From: Cyanophora paradoxa CCMP329
Taxonomy: Eukaryota > Plantae > Glaucophyta
DNA: 64,000 nt
Direction of reading: 5' to 3'
NCBI GenBank assembly: GCA_004431415.1
Contig: QPMI01000507.1
Span: 186,001-250,000, forward strand
The position numbers and the translations under genes were made by a program. The notes below the pieces were generated by a model, which saw only the letters and a list, made by a program, of their open reading frames with translations, had not been told where the DNA came from and ran no database searches. Below, piece by piece: positions 20,354-31,798 of the stretch. How positions within the stretch are numbered: the stretch's first letter is position 1; the number at the start of each line of letters is the position of its first letter.

Positions 20354-23105
20354 GCACGTGCACTAGCTGCACTAGGGTCTGGCCGGCTTGGGCAGCCGCC
20401 AGAACAGCCCTGCTCGTAACCGCGATTCAATTTTTCGCGGAGCCTGGGCCTCCCCTGCGAGAGCCCCATGTGTCGCTGTAATAAGCGGCCAATATACCTG
20501 CCTCTGAGCAGGCTGTATATTTGTACACTTGTACATAATTTCAGACGTCGGGGACGACGTCTTCCGAGAGGAGGAGTGAGCATGGGCATGCTGCACGAGC
20601 AGTGCAAGCGCTGCCGCTAGCCCTCCTGCCCCGAGGCTTGCTTGGATCTGTGGCCGCCGGCCAAGATCAAATAGCACTCGCGAAAGAGATCTAGAGCCCC
20701 AATCGAGTGCTGTCGAGCAGCCCGAGCGGCCACGGGTGCCCCTCTTTCCGAGAGGAGGAGTACCTCTTTCGCTGAAGCCTGCAAAGAGGCCCACGGCCGG
20801 TGCCGCAATTGCGAGCCCTCCTGCTTGCCTCAATCTAGATCTGTGGCCAGTGGCCGAGATCAGATCGCAAACCCCAAGCGGGTACCAGTCTTTCCGAGAG
20901 GAGGAGTCCCTCCAAGACTCTCTCGTCGAAAGCCTGCGATTTCGCGCGGCGCACTGCGCATGCAGTCGCTGATCATGAGTGCGTCCACGGGCCTGGCGAA
21001 GTCCAGGAAAGTGGCCTCAGGCCTTGCGGCCAGAGCTGGCCCTTGCTGTAGCTGGCCCTTGCGGCAGCTAATGCTCCGATCGTGAGCTCCTCGGCCTGAG
21101 AGCGGCCTAGCTGCCGTTGCAAAATGAGATGTAATCCGCGGAGCCTTGAGCTCGGGATGCACTCTCAAGAGAAGCTCGATGCCAGAGGCACGATGCCCGG
21201 CCCCGCGGCCGGCGAGCGCCTGACGGCATGCCGTGAGCTTGACAGGCGGCCCGTGAGCCCCTGCGAAAATCGTGAGCTTCCAAGCTCCAATGAAGGGCGA
21301 GCTTGATCATGAGCACACAGTGCCCTCGAGAGCTCGAGCCCTGAAATAAAGTCCTGGCTCGCCCCTAGGCGTTCAGGCACCAGCAGCTCCATCGAGAGCT
21401 TTGCACTATCGTGAACTTAAAGTCCTGGTGATGCCCGCCAAGTTAGCGCCCAGGCCGCACGTGTTGGTTCCGGGGCCCGGACCGAACGTTAGCGGGGCAA
21501 GGGCCTGGTGCCCAGCCCAAAGACCTGGTGAACTGCCCGACAAGTTGGCACCCAGGCGGCACGCTGCGGCTGCAGGCCGAGCGGTGCGACGGGCCGCGAG
21601 CCCTGCTCACAAGCTAGGAGCTTGGAGACCCGGCGGCCGGCCTGTTGAGGCGGCGCCAGAAGGACACCCATGAGTCCCGTCTCGCATGCGGCCGGCCTGG
21701 CCCCAAGGCGGTCAAGGCGGCGGGTGGTCCAGGCCGGAAGCCACGGCCACAGTGCCAACGGCTCCGGCGGGAGCGGCTTGATCATGAGATCTAGAAAGCC
21801 GGCTCTGAGCTGCGTCCCGACCCCGCGAGAGGGCGAGGACAGGAGAGCGGCTGCGCTAGCCCTTGAGCAGCGCTTTGTGAAGAGCCGCCCGTGAAGGGTT
21901 GGGCTGAGACGGGCCCCAGAGCCCCGCGAAACATCGCGAAAGTCCCGGGCGGAAAGGGTGAGCCACGGGCGGCCGGGAGCCTTGAGCACAGCTCGGCGCG
22001 GTGACAGGGTGCGAGTCCCTTGTAAAGACCCGGGCAAATTGGATGAGCCGCGGGCGGCCGGTGGCCTTGAGCACAGCTCGGCACGGTGACAGGGCTGGGG
22101 CCCTCCGAAGACCTAGCCGAGCCCTAGGACGCGCCTCGCGTCTGCAGAAGGGTCGGTAGGCGGCTGTGACGCCGAGTTCTGCCTCGGGTACAGCGACAGG
22201 GGATGTCCATTCCCCCTCCGTGTAAGACCTGGCGGTGTACCAGGGCGCGCCTTGCGCCGGTGGGGTACACGCAGGCGGTCGTTACGCCGGATCCCACTCC
22301 GGGTACGACGACTGGGGACGCAAAAATTCCCCCATTCAGGGCTCTGCACCGGGGACGCTCGGTGGCAGTTCGCCTGGGAGGGTCACGTCCCCCTCGTGAT
22401 GGACGTGCATGCACGGGTCGGGCAGGGCACCTGCCGTCACGCGTGACGGTGGTTTGAGCCTTGTGGGCGGCGCCTAGCCTCGCCCTGGAGATTCCTAGCT
22501 CCACCGCCGTCGGGGGAACCCGATCCGACGCCGTGATAAATGCAGTGAAGGCGCGGCGTGTGCCTGAGCAGCGGCGCTAGACGTGCTGCTTAGCCCTAAA
22601 CATTGGGACGGGCATTTCGCTGTGGGCTATCGAGCGCTGTCGCGACGCTACGCCCCGCGTTGCTGCTGCAGCGTGCGCCTTTGCGGCTAACATGCTGCGC
22701 GATGAGGGCAGGGCCCCCCTCGGCTTCTGTCTCCGTACCGCTCGCCTCGTGCGGGTTTGCCTGGGCCGCCGGCCCGAAGTTGGACCTTGCCCCCTGGGCA
22801 CTATACGCTGGAGTCGTACCGGCACCCGCCGGGCGACAGCCTTTTTCGATTCCCGGCAGTCGCCGGACGTAGACGGGCTCGGCGTCTTTTCGATTCCCGG
22901 CAGTAGCCGGTGACGCCGACCGTGAGTGGCTCGGAGCCTTTTTCGATTCCCGGCAGTAGCCGGTAGCTCCGAGCGTTTGTGTATAGCGGCCGGGGTCGCG
23001 TTGTATAGAGAGCTCAGGCTCGATCAAATTCCTGGCTTCCCCGGCCCTCTCTCTGTTCGCCTTCGGGCGTAGACCCGCGCGGACGCGGGATCCGAGAGGA
23101 GGAGT

Positions 23106-23388
23106 TGTCGCATCCGACTTTACAGTGGATGCTCGATTGTGAGCCGCTAGGGCTCTAGATGATGTATGCAGCCTTCGTGCTGCTAGGCCGACGGCGCCTA
23201 GGCTAGTTAGAGCGCCGCGGTCATTTGTATGCATGTGTCGGGGTACGCCGTAGTTGGACGGGTACACCCTCAGTCTACCATCACGGTGGCTAACAGCAGC
23301 AGCACTCGCCAAACCCCGCCCTGCCGAGCTTGCACTCCGCACGGGCTTCTCGCGCGCACGATTAGACACACTAATCTCGCACGCGACA
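23106..23388 (+). repeat. 3' LTR
   Basis: Matches the 5' LTR and is preceded by the PPT. Confidence 0.95.
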
Positions 23389-23438
23389 CGTTTCGCCAAA
23401 AAATGACAAACGATTTCCCATCATGCTGTAAAGGAAAC

Positions 23439-23693
23439 ATGCCGATTAACCAGCAGTATTACAATTACTATGGGCATTACTTCTTGATTGTCAAGAAACT
23501 CCCAGAGCATTATGAGATCTTCCAAGAGATGGGATTGCGAATTACCAGGAGATCAACCCTTTGTAGATTCTTGAAAAAGAATGGTGCTAAATGGGATAAG
23601 ACAATTCGCCAATGGTATACAGAAGATCCCAAGAGTCCCCTTCTGGATGTTTTCGAAACAGTGAATTTGGATCAGTTTAATCATTTCCGATAG
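23439..23693 (+). CDS. Small protein with a DUF5710-like GAKWD...WY motif
   Basis: LKKNGAKWDKTIRQWY. ATG 23439 is preferred (23403 is an alternative). The longer called ORF simply runs through the LTR. Confidence 0.6.
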   Translation: MPINQQYYNYYGHYFLIVKKLPEHYEIFQEMGLRITRRSTLCRFLKKNGAKWDKTIRQWYTEDPKSPLLDVFETVNLDQFNHFR

Positions 23694-24609
23694 CCAGAAA
23701 CTCCAACTGGAATGAGTTGTCAATTCCATTCATATCAACAAGATCACCATAATAATCTCGAAACTCAACTGTCAACTCTCTAATCACAAGGTTTCGATCG
23801 GTAATTTTTATGTATTCACTGTGCTCTCCACTGTGATAAACATACTGTCCAATATCTTTACTCAATTGCAATCTGAGAATCGCCCCTTGATTTTGTGGTT
23901 GAGATCTTGGGACAATATTGTGGTTTGTAGCAAATGGGGAGAGTTCTTTAATGTGCATGTATAAATACTGTTCTGCATTCATGTCTGTCATCTTGGCTGC
24001 TTCTAACTTGTAGTTTAAGCGAGATGCCTCGAATTCATATCCTGTGAATGTGATTCCCCATTGGGGATGGTTTGGGGTGATTGGGATTCCTGCAAAATAG
24101 AGGAAATTCTCTGGGGCATATAAAGACCTTGCAGACTCTGGGAAATCGTAGGTTTGCTCAATTGAAGCGACCCACTCCACAGAACTAACCCCAAGAAGTT
24201 TACCCAATCTCTGTGTAGATGCTACCAATTCGAATTGAACATTACTGTAAAACTCTAACTTGTAGGAGGTCGGATTATAGTAGACTTTGAATGCATATGT
24301 GAGATTGTTGCTCCCAGTAAAGGTGAAATTCAGACCATAATTATATGGACTGGTGACCCCGAAATGCCCTTGATTAATATAACCACTTGGGAGAAGGAAG
24401 ACCTGTTTGGTTTCAGAGATGCCTTGGTAGAAGAATCTGACAAGAAGGTGGTCTGTTCCAATGGAATTATAGATGCTGTTGGGGATCTCTGCATACAAAA
24501 CTCGACATTCTCTTGGTTTGGTCACTGGGGTTGTGAGTGAAACTTTGTAGGAGTTTTCTATTTGTCCATCTGATCGGTCTCTGCTATCTATATTGACCAG
24601 CCGAATCAT
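23677..24609 (-). CDS. Minor capsid (penton) protein 1
   Basis: N-terminal VNIDSRDR...AEIPNSIYN and C-terminal LTVEFRDYYGDLVDMNG.D.SF.LEF, typical of PLV/NCLDV pentons. Confidence 0.85.
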   Translation of the reverse strand: MIRLVNIDSRDRSDGQIENSYKVSLTTPVTKPRECRVLYAEIPNSIYNSIGTDHLLVRFFYQGISETKQVFLLPSGYINQGHFGVTSPYNYGLNFTFTGSNNLTYAFKVYYNPTSYKLEFYSNVQFELVASTQRLGKLLGVSSVEWVASIEQTYDFPESARSLYAPENFLYFAGIPITPNHPQWGITFTGYEFEASRLNYKLEAAKMTDMNAEQYLYMHIKELSPFATNHNIVPRSQPQNQGAILRLQLSKDIGQYVYHSGEHSEYIKITDRNLVIRELTVEFRDYYGDLVDMNGIDNSFQLEFLAIGND

Positions 24610-24637
24610 TTTAATATATGTTTATAGATAAAAGAAG

Positions 24638-25647
24638 ATGCCTGTGGATTACATCGAAGTGAGCTCTTTCAATACAATTTCGGGAGATGGACCTACTTCG
24701 AGTTTTATTGCTCGCCTCCCCAGCACCTATGAATTTGTGAGAGCAGTAAGACTGGTTTCAGCAGAATTCTATAACAGCATTCCATGGTGAGTGGTGAAAC
24801 CAAACCAGGAGATGTGACAATAGATAATGCAATCTACCTTTATTGGTCTGAATATTATTCTGGTGCAGGAAGCACTGGTATTCCAACTGATCGACCTGCT
24901 GCCGATTATGAGCAATGGAAACACATTGTGATAAGTCGCAGCACACCCATTCAAAACCACCAACAACTGGTGAATGTAATTAACTCCAAACTTGCATTGA
25001 GAGAGCCACCAGTAGCAATTCGCTGTAAATGGGATGATACACTGAAACGAGTTATATTCCATTCAACCATACCGTTTTACCTGGCTTTCTCAACCGCAAT
25101 TAACCCAAACCAGGCGCAGATTCAGAGGTTTTTGAGTTCTGCTCGACTGCTTGGTCTTGATCCTGGGAGATATGGTAACACCCCAATCCAATCACAAGTT
25201 TATAATACTCTGACTGATGGTATCTTTACTGGGTCGATGGTGCATGGTATCATATCTTCATTTGAACCTGAAAAGACCAGGGATAGTGTTCTGTTTGTGA
25301 GAGTAAAGGAGTTGGGTGATCTGGTTCAATGTGGTGATGGTCTCCTCACTGGATATTTCCACAAAATCGTTGTTCCAGATAAAGATTATGGTGAGCATGT
25401 CGTTTATAATTCGACAGAAGCCCATCCGATTTATAAATACTATAACAAGAATCTGGGACTTTCCACATTTTCGGTTGATATTGTGAATGCAGTTAATGAA
25501 CCAATTGATTTCGAGGGTCAACCTGTCCACCTCACCTTCGAAATTCGATATGGTGATGAACCTGCTGGTGATCCTGTGTATGAATATTTCAAGAGGAGAA
25601 TGGCGGAAACACATCCATCATATCCGGTTATTGCGAATTTTGCGTAA
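24638..25647 (+). CDS. Minor capsid (penton) protein 2; 1-nt frameshift near 24783
   Basis: ATG 24638 gives MPVDYIEVSS...VRAVRLVSAEFYNSIP, continuing in ORF 24784-25647, which ends LSTFSVDIVN...PIDFEG..VHLTFEI. Confidence 0.8.
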
Positions 25648-25701
25648 AATCAAGGATCATTGGTGAATTTTTTATGTTGCAGTATAATAAAAGAGATAAT
25701 C

Positions 25702-27074
25702 ATGGATATTACTTCGACCCTCCAACGTCTTTCTCTGAAAGAAGCTCTAACAACCCCGGAAGAAGCCAAGGCGTTCTTCTTGGACAACTCTCTCATGCTT
25801 GGTCTTGAATCCAAGTCGAAGCCAGTTCTTGTTGTTGTGAACCCAAGCAACACTTTCGAGAATAATGCTGGAAATCGCATTTCTTTCAAGCTCCCTCGCT
25901 ACAATTTCTGTGGAAAACTCGAACTTGCGTTTGACCTTCCAGCTGTCACTTTTGCTGGTGATACCGACCTTGTTCGCAATGGATACGTTCGCCCAGTTGG
26001 TGCTCTTGTCTCTCGACTTGAAATCACCTATGGATCTTACACCTTCCATGTGCCTTCTGATTTCCTTGCTCATTTCCCTCTTATCTATTACAGTGAGGAT
26101 CAACTCGCCAAGAAGAAGCGTTCAATGGGAATGGTTCATGGTATCCCTGCCCATGGAACCAACCGACTTGGTGGGTCATTTTTCACTGAAATCCCAGTCC
26201 CATGGCTAAACCACTACCTACCTCTTGGTGCTCTCTCAGGAGAAATGGTGGTAACTGTCTGGTTCAAGGATGCTGGAAAGGGTTATGTTGAGACTTCTTA
26301 TGGTGGTCGTGCTCTTCCAGTTGTTGGTGGAACAGCTGCTGATAAGACAGAGGATGATGGACTTGGTGCTACTGCTAATGCTACTCTTGCCCATGTTGGT
26401 CAACAAATCACCACTTTTGGAATTGGTGCAACAACAACCCCGAAATTAAAGTCACTTCTCCTCGTCTTTACATGCATGCTATTAATGTTTCTGATGAACT
26501 GTTTGCTACTGTCATTGAGAAGGTGAAGACCACTGGTATGGCTATTCCTGCTCTGGATATTGGTTTTGTTGACAGTGTCAATTTTGCTGCAAAAGGCAAT
26601 GCTCAACCAAATCGTATTAACCTGTCACAGATCTCTGGTCTTGTCTATGGTCTTCTTGTTTCAGTTCGTGATGCCGCAGGTATTGATGGTTTCAATGGTT
26701 CCCACAGTGTCCTAAAAACGCATGCTAACTCAAAAGACATTACTTTCACTGTTGAAATTAATGGTCAACGTCTCTATGCTACTGAGCCCATCCCTCTCCT
26801 CAAAGGTGCCGAATTAATTGCGGATGCCTTCAAGTGCTCGAATATGGACAAGGTTGCAGACAAATATGTCCTCAGTGGTCTACCATTCTGTGTTGATGGA
26901 GAGAAAGCGATTCGCAACATTGCCCAGTCTGGTTATGTTGATCTCACGAACTCCTCCTCCTCTTTCCTCACTCTATACATGCCTTCTGACCAGACAATCA
27001 CTGTTAATGTTCGTGCTCTCATGCACAGTTTCATTATTGTTGACAAAGATGGGCTCCGACGAATTAATCTGTAA
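25702..27074 (+). CDS. Major capsid protein (double jelly-roll); frameshift near 26430
   Basis: About 457 aa when joined and beta-rich (ISFKLPR...LELAFDLP; INLSQISGLVYGLLVSVR). Lies between penton and ATPase and is homologous to the MCP of D. Confidence 0.85.
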
Positions 27075-27136
27075 AACCATGATCAGTAACGTTTCGTTAT
27101 TTTTATCTATCTTTAATAAGAAAGATCTACAAAGCC

Positions 27137-27919
27137 ATGAACGATTTAGAAGAATTTGTTGCCTCTGAGATGATAACCCCACCATTTCGTGCTCTTTTCA
27201 TAGGAAAGTCTGCAACAGGCAAGTCAGAATGTGTGAAATATTGGTTGAAACAGCTGCATGATGCGAAAAAGATTGATACTGTTCTTGTTGTGAGTGGGAC
27301 GTCCTTCAATCATTTCTGGGATGCAGTTGCAACATTGCAACTCGGGAAATGGGATGCTGCTTACATTTCCAAATTACTGGATGAAAGGCAGGAGAAAATC
27401 GAAAAAGGGGAACCTGTGAATCAAATGTGTATTGTCCTTGATGATTTAATAGATAATGAGTTAGTCGATTTAACTCGCGATAAAATTGTTGGCTCTGTTT
27501 TCAGTCGCGGAAGACACTCGGCAGTATCCTGTATCTGCATAACTCAGAAATTGCGTAAGGTTTCTTCAACAATTCGAGTAAATTCGGATTATGCTGTGTT
27601 CCTGAGTGCTGCTAATCGCAAAGAGCTCGAAGCAATTGAAGAGGAATATAATATCATGCGAAACAAGGACGATTTCTATAAGATGTTTGAGGAGTATGTG
27701 CACTCTTACCAATATATTGTGTGGTCTTCTGCGAATTATTCGGTGAACTATTATGTTGATAAAGCGGATCTGGTCAAAGATTTCCCATTTCCTCGGTTCC
27801 ACAGGAAGCCCAAAAAGAAAGAGGACGAACTACCACCTCCACAGAAAGAGGAAGCCCCCAAAGAGGTCAAGAGTGGTGTTCATTCGAATAAACTGATGCG
27901 ATATAAGAGAGGTTTGTAA
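27137..27919 (+). CDS. A32/FtsK-family DNA packaging ATPase
   Basis: Walker A GKSATGKS, Walker B CIVLDD, RGRH motif, ITQ...STIRVN. Confidence 0.93.
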   Translation: MNDLEEFVASEMITPPFRALFIGKSATGKSECVKYWLKQLHDAKKIDTVLVVSGTSFNHFWDAVATLQLGKWDAAYISKLLDERQEKIEKGEPVNQMCIVLDDLIDNELVDLTRDKIVGSVFSRGRHSAVSCICITQKLRKVSSTIRVNSDYAVFLSAANRKELEAIEEEYNIMRNKDDFYKMFEEYVHSYQYIVWSSANYSVNYYVDKADLVKDFPFPRFHRKPKKKEDELPPPQKEEAPKEVKSGVHSNKLMRYKRGL

Positions 27920-27947
27920 AATAATCTCTGCTTCTAATAAATATACA

Positions 27948-28682
27948 ATGCCTTCCAAACGCAAAGTTGGTGTTCCTGCTGGTGCTATGTCATATTCTGC
28001 ATCCTCTGGAACCGGTTCTATTAACACAGAGCCCCTGAAATTCAATGGTGTCAATGAAGTTAAAGCATCACAGCAACAGGAGGATCCCCTCAATGCTGCT
28101 TACGAAGAATCACCAGATGATAAAGCGCCCCAAACATCCACAAGTGATCAATTGAATATTTCGCCCGAAACCTCTAAGATGAAGGCAGTTGGTGAAGGTG
28201 CTCGTCGAATTATTGGTGCTGCTGATGACAAAGGACTGGGTCTCCAAGATCTCTCACTGGCTCGCAAAGGTGAAGGTGTCTCCAAAGAATCAGACAAGGT
28301 AATTCAATCCATGGCTGGTGAGGTCACCTACAAGGTCGCACCTACACAGAATATTCATCGAATTCCCAAAGCCCAATGGGACGAAATGACTGCGAAACTG
28401 AAAGATCTGGAAGCGAAATCGAGTGCTCTCGAACAGTATGTCTCTGAGAAGAAAGAGAGAGCGAAATTAAAGGAGATGCTGCGAAAGGAGGTGTACAGAA
28501 TGGGGATTACTGGTCTACCTGATAAGCGATTTATTGGTAAGAAAGAAACTCAAATCGATGAGCAGGCAGTTGATGAGATGAAGACGAAAACCCAGAAGGG
28601 CACCATTGAACCTGGTGCTACCAAAGCAGAGGTCGATAAAAGTGTTGCCCCAACAGTATATAAACGACGAGTTTGGCTTTAA
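27948..28682 (+). CDS. Hypothetical charged protein (possible virion core protein)
   Basis: 244-aa ORF with viral composition and tight packing; no recognised domain. Confidence 0.65.
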   Translation: MPSKRKVGVPAGAMSYSASSGTGSINTEPLKFNGVNEVKASQQQEDPLNAAYEESPDDKAPQTSTSDQLNISPETSKMKAVGEGARRIIGAADDKGLGLQDLSLARKGEGVSKESDKVIQSMAGEVTYKVAPTQNIHRIPKAQWDEMTAKLKDLEAKSSALEQYVSEKKERAKLKEMLRKEVYRMGITGLPDKRFIGKKETQIDEQAVDEMKTKTQKGTIEPGATKAEVDKSVAPTVYKRRVWL

Positions 28683-28709
28683 TTATCTCGCATTAAGAGA
28701 GAGAGCATC

Positions 28710-28943
28710 ATGGATTTCTTGCGAAAAATCATAGAGATGTTTAATCTCCACATTGTGAGCAACTGTCACAGTGGCTGCTGTGATACAAAAGTCGAAATCG
28801 AATTCTCTGACACTGAAAGTCATGGATCTGGTGGTAGGCGATTATCCACAGACTCGGTTGATTTCGAGGAGCATATTAAAACAGAGACTGTGAGGCGCAG
28901 GTCTGTATCTTTCACAGATCCGAAATTAAATCTCGGTAATTAA
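28710..28943 (+). CDS. Hypothetical small protein
   Basis: 77-aa ORF with a CHSGCC motif and a short AT-rich leader. Confidence 0.55.
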   Translation: MDFLRKIIEMFNLHIVSNCHSGCCDTKVEIEFSDTESHGSGGRRLSTDSVDFEEHIKTETVRRRSVSFTDPKLNLGN

Positions 28944-29144
28944 TATCGAATGCTCAGTCTCCCTGAGATCTATGCAATCCTTGACAGGAAATCCGCTGTT
29001 TATGCATCCGAAGCCGCAATAAAAAAGCGTAGACAGGAACTGGTCTCGATCTGCAAAAAATGACAAGGGATTTAAGGGTAAGGTGTGTTTGATTGGTGAA
29101 CCCGGACAAATTATTTTCTCGTCCAAATATAAGGAACATATCAA

Positions 29145-29372
29145 ATGGAAACTGAATCTGTGGTCGAATTCGAACTTGCAATGAGCGAAATGGATCCCAA
29201 TGAGAGGAAAAGGTTGTATGACCGCTTGTATTTCCAGAAACGCTATCAAGATGAGGAGTTTCGTGAATTATATCGTAAAAAGGCACTGGAACGATATTAT
29301 CGCAGGAAAGCTGCTGAGATGGATCCCAATAATCCAGTAAAACGCCCAGTAGGTCGTCCCAGGAAATACTGA
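29145..29372 (+). CDS. Small basic DNA-binding protein with an AT-hook
   Basis: K/R/Y-rich helix and C-terminal KRPVGRPRKY. Confidence 0.7.
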   Translation: METESVVEFELAMSEMDPNERKRLYDRLYFQKRYQDEEFRELYRKKALERYYRRKAAEMDPNNPVKRPVGRPRKY

Positions 29373-29566
29373 ACCGCCCCCAAAGTCCCAAATATCCGCT
29401 GAATCCTTTTTGTTACCATGATCAATCGACTTTTCGATGGATCATTACCATATATCGAGCGCCAATCGGAAAACCCAAAGGTATTTAAAGGTTAGCCGCC
29501 AAAAAATGACAAGGATCCGGAGAAATTAATTTCTCCATTAAGGATAAGAAGCCCCCGATTGTTGAA

Positions 29567-31798
29567 ATGAACGCTGCCGCCAAGAAATCCCTGAAACGCC
29601 TTGTTGAATGGCTTCGTGAAGACGATGTCCGGTCTGAGAATATCGTAATTCCTGTTGATCCTGATACCAAAAAACCCCTTTTCGCTCATAAAGACGGAAC
29701 CTGGGATTGGGATAAATTCGATGAAGCCCTGAAATCCGGTAAGTATACTGCTTGGGGCATTCTCGCTCGTAATATCCTGGTAATTGACTTCGACCAAGAG
29801 GAGGATTTCGCCAAATTCGAGGAGCAATTCCCTGATGATTTCGGTGGTGTTAATCCTCTTGCTAAAACCAAAAAAGGATATCATGCATTCTTTGCCCGAC
29901 CTGTTGAGTTTGATTGTTGCAAGATTTGGGATAAAGCCGGTGCATTCAAAGGAAACCCTAAGATCGACTGCAAAACGATTGCATCCACTGGGACTGCTGG
30001 GGTGATTAATGTTTGCCCCAGTCCCAACAAAACATGGATCAGAGAGCCATGGGCATCTGAGTGTGAGTTAAATGAACCCACTGCTGAGTTGCAAAAGTGG
30101 ATTGTTGAAAACTACGAATTCCCCAAAGGTGCACATTCTTATTATGCAAGGTGCGCTGAGGAGAATTTGCAGAAACATATTCTTTCTAAACTCGAAGAAT
30201 TCGGTTTCATCTTGCCCACAATCATCAATGAGACCAAGATGGGATACAATTTCACTGCTGAGAACAAAGGTCTGGTCTGTCCCTGCTGCAAGGGAAGCCA
30301 TGACTCGAACAATTGGTATATTGTTCAAGGGAAGGAGAAGGACAAATATATTGTTTCGAGTTACAGTGCAAACTGCAAGAAGCGACTTATCACAATTCGT
30401 GTGAAGGAAGAGACAGATGCGAATATCGAAAATCTGATTGATCGGTCTGCTGGATCTGATGGTGCCCATTATGATGTTGCACAGGTTGCCTATCTTGTTC
30501 TGCAAGACAAATACAAGTATTCCAACAAGACCTGGTTCAAGTTCAATGATGTATGTGGGATTTGGGAGATGGATGAAACTGGGAAGCGAATCTTTCTCTG
30601 TTTGAGCTGCAAGGTCTGTCCAGTTTATCTTCAACGTTCTGTTCAACTCGCACAGAGAGCTCTTCGTGATGAAGAGAACCGCAATTCCTTGGAGGAAAGG
30701 TCAAAGATTCTGCTGGGAATTGCTAAGAGCCTCAAACAGACTACATACAGAACTGCACTTATGTCTGATCTTTCAGTTCTGTTCAGTGACAAGACCTTTT
30801 TCGAGAGACTTGATACTGTTCCCAACATCATTGGGTTCACAAATGGTGTATTTGACTTGAACTCCATGACTTTTCGACAGGGACTCCCATATGATATGGT
30901 GAGTAAGACTGTTGGCTACGATTACACCACAGAAATTGACCAAGAGAAGGTTGCAAAGATTAAATCCATCTATGCAGATATTATTGAATCGGATACAGAC
31001 CGCGAATTCATGCTGGGATTAATCGCCTATGCCCTGAGTGGTTTGACAGAAAATCAGAGATACACTTGCTGGACTGGAATTGGAGCAAATGGGAAATCAC
31101 TGCTCCAAGAGTTGGTGAAAGACACATTTGGTGAGTATTATGGGTCACTGGACATGACATATTGGACTAAACCCAAGAAGAGTTCGTCAGAGGCTTCCCC
31201 AGAACTCGCTTGCATTCTTGGTAAACGAATTGTTTTCAGTAATGAAGCAGAAGATGGTGATATGCTTCAACTGAACAAAATCAAACAGGTTACTGGTGGG
31301 AATGAGATGAAGGTTCGAGCTCTTTTCAAAGATCTTGTTACATTCATTCCCATGTTCCAGTTGTTCTTGTCCACAAATGACAACCTGGGAATCAGTAAAC
31401 CAGATGCAGCAATCCAAAGGCGAATTATCTACTACCGATTCGAAAATGTCTTCAAGGTCGATCCTCAGCCTGGTGAGAAGAAAGCAGACACCACTCTAAT
31501 GCGCCTAATGAAGAATGATGACGATTATAAAATGGCGCATATGTCCATTCTCCTGGAAATGTGGAGAACCCATTCTCTCAATGAATTCGTCACCAAACCA
31601 CCCCAGTCCATTGTTGATCAAGGTGTTGAATATTTCAATGAGAATGACAAGATTGGAGAATGGATTCGTGAGAGTTATGAACTCACCAAGAGTCAAGGGG
31701 ATTTCGAGCTCAGCACTGCGCCGTGTCTCCAAAAAAATACCCGCGAAAAAATCAAAAACAAATCAGAAAACAAACCATTCCCAGTAACCCAATCTTGA
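29567..31798 (+). CDS. Prim-Pol primase + Zn finger + D5-like SF3 helicase; C-terminus replaced from about 31710
   Basis: ILVIDFD and TKKGYHAFF (Prim-Pol); CPCC...H; IGFTNGVFDL (D5_N); GIGANGKS; FSNE; IKQVTGG; AIQRRI. Confidence 0.92.
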   Translation: MNAAAKKSLKRLVEWLREDDVRSENIVIPVDPDTKKPLFAHKDGTWDWDKFDEALKSGKYTAWGILARNILVIDFDQEEDFAKFEEQFPDDFGGVNPLAKTKKGYHAFFARPVEFDCCKIWDKAGAFKGNPKIDCKTIASTGTAGVINVCPSPNKTWIREPWASECELNEPTAELQKWIVENYEFPKGAHSYYARCAEENLQKHILSKLEEFGFILPTIINETKMGYNFTAENKGLVCPCCKGSHDSNNWYIVQGKEKDKYIVSSYSANCKKRLITIRVKEETDANIENLIDRSAGSDGAHYDVAQVAYLVLQDKYKYSNKTWFKFNDVCGIWEMDETGKRIFLCLSCKVCPVYLQRSVQLAQRALRDEENRNSLEERSKILLGIAKSLKQTTYRTALMSDLSVLFSDKTFFERLDTVPNIIGFTNGVFDLNSMTFRQGLPYDMVSKTVGYDYTTEIDQEKVAKIKSIYADIIESDTDREFMLGLIAYALSGLTENQRYTCWTGIGANGKSLLQELVKDTFGEYYGSLDMTYWTKPKKSSSEASPELACILGKRIVFSNEAEDGDMLQLNKIKQVTGGNEMKVRALFKDLVTFIPMFQLFLSTNDNLGISKPDAAIQRRIIYYRFENVFKVDPQPGEKKADTTLMRLMKNDDDYKMAHMSILLEMWRTHSLNEFVTKPPQSIVDQGVEYFNENDKIGEWIRESYELTKSQGDFELSTAPCLQKNTREKIKNKSENKPFPVTQS

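Larger units (their letters stand above)
18051..23388 (+). mobile_element. Non-autonomous gag-only LTR retrotransposon inserted in PLV A
   Basis: Two matching 283-bp LTRs (TGTCGC...GCGACA), PPT gagaggaggagt before the 3' LTR, a gag ORF and no recognisable pol. The flanks share CGT. Confidence 0.9.
16680..31716. mobile_element. Endogenous Polinton-like virus segment A (right part not seen)
   Basis: Abrupt GC-to-AT shift. Intronless, tightly packed genes: two pentons, MCP, A32-like ATPase, primase-helicase. Confidence 0.88.

Noticed and set aside
20354-23105. Hidden pol gene, or DIRS/Ngaro tyrosine-recombinase element
   Set aside because: No RT, RNase H, integrase or YR motifs in any listed frame, and the ends are simple TG...CA direct LTRs.
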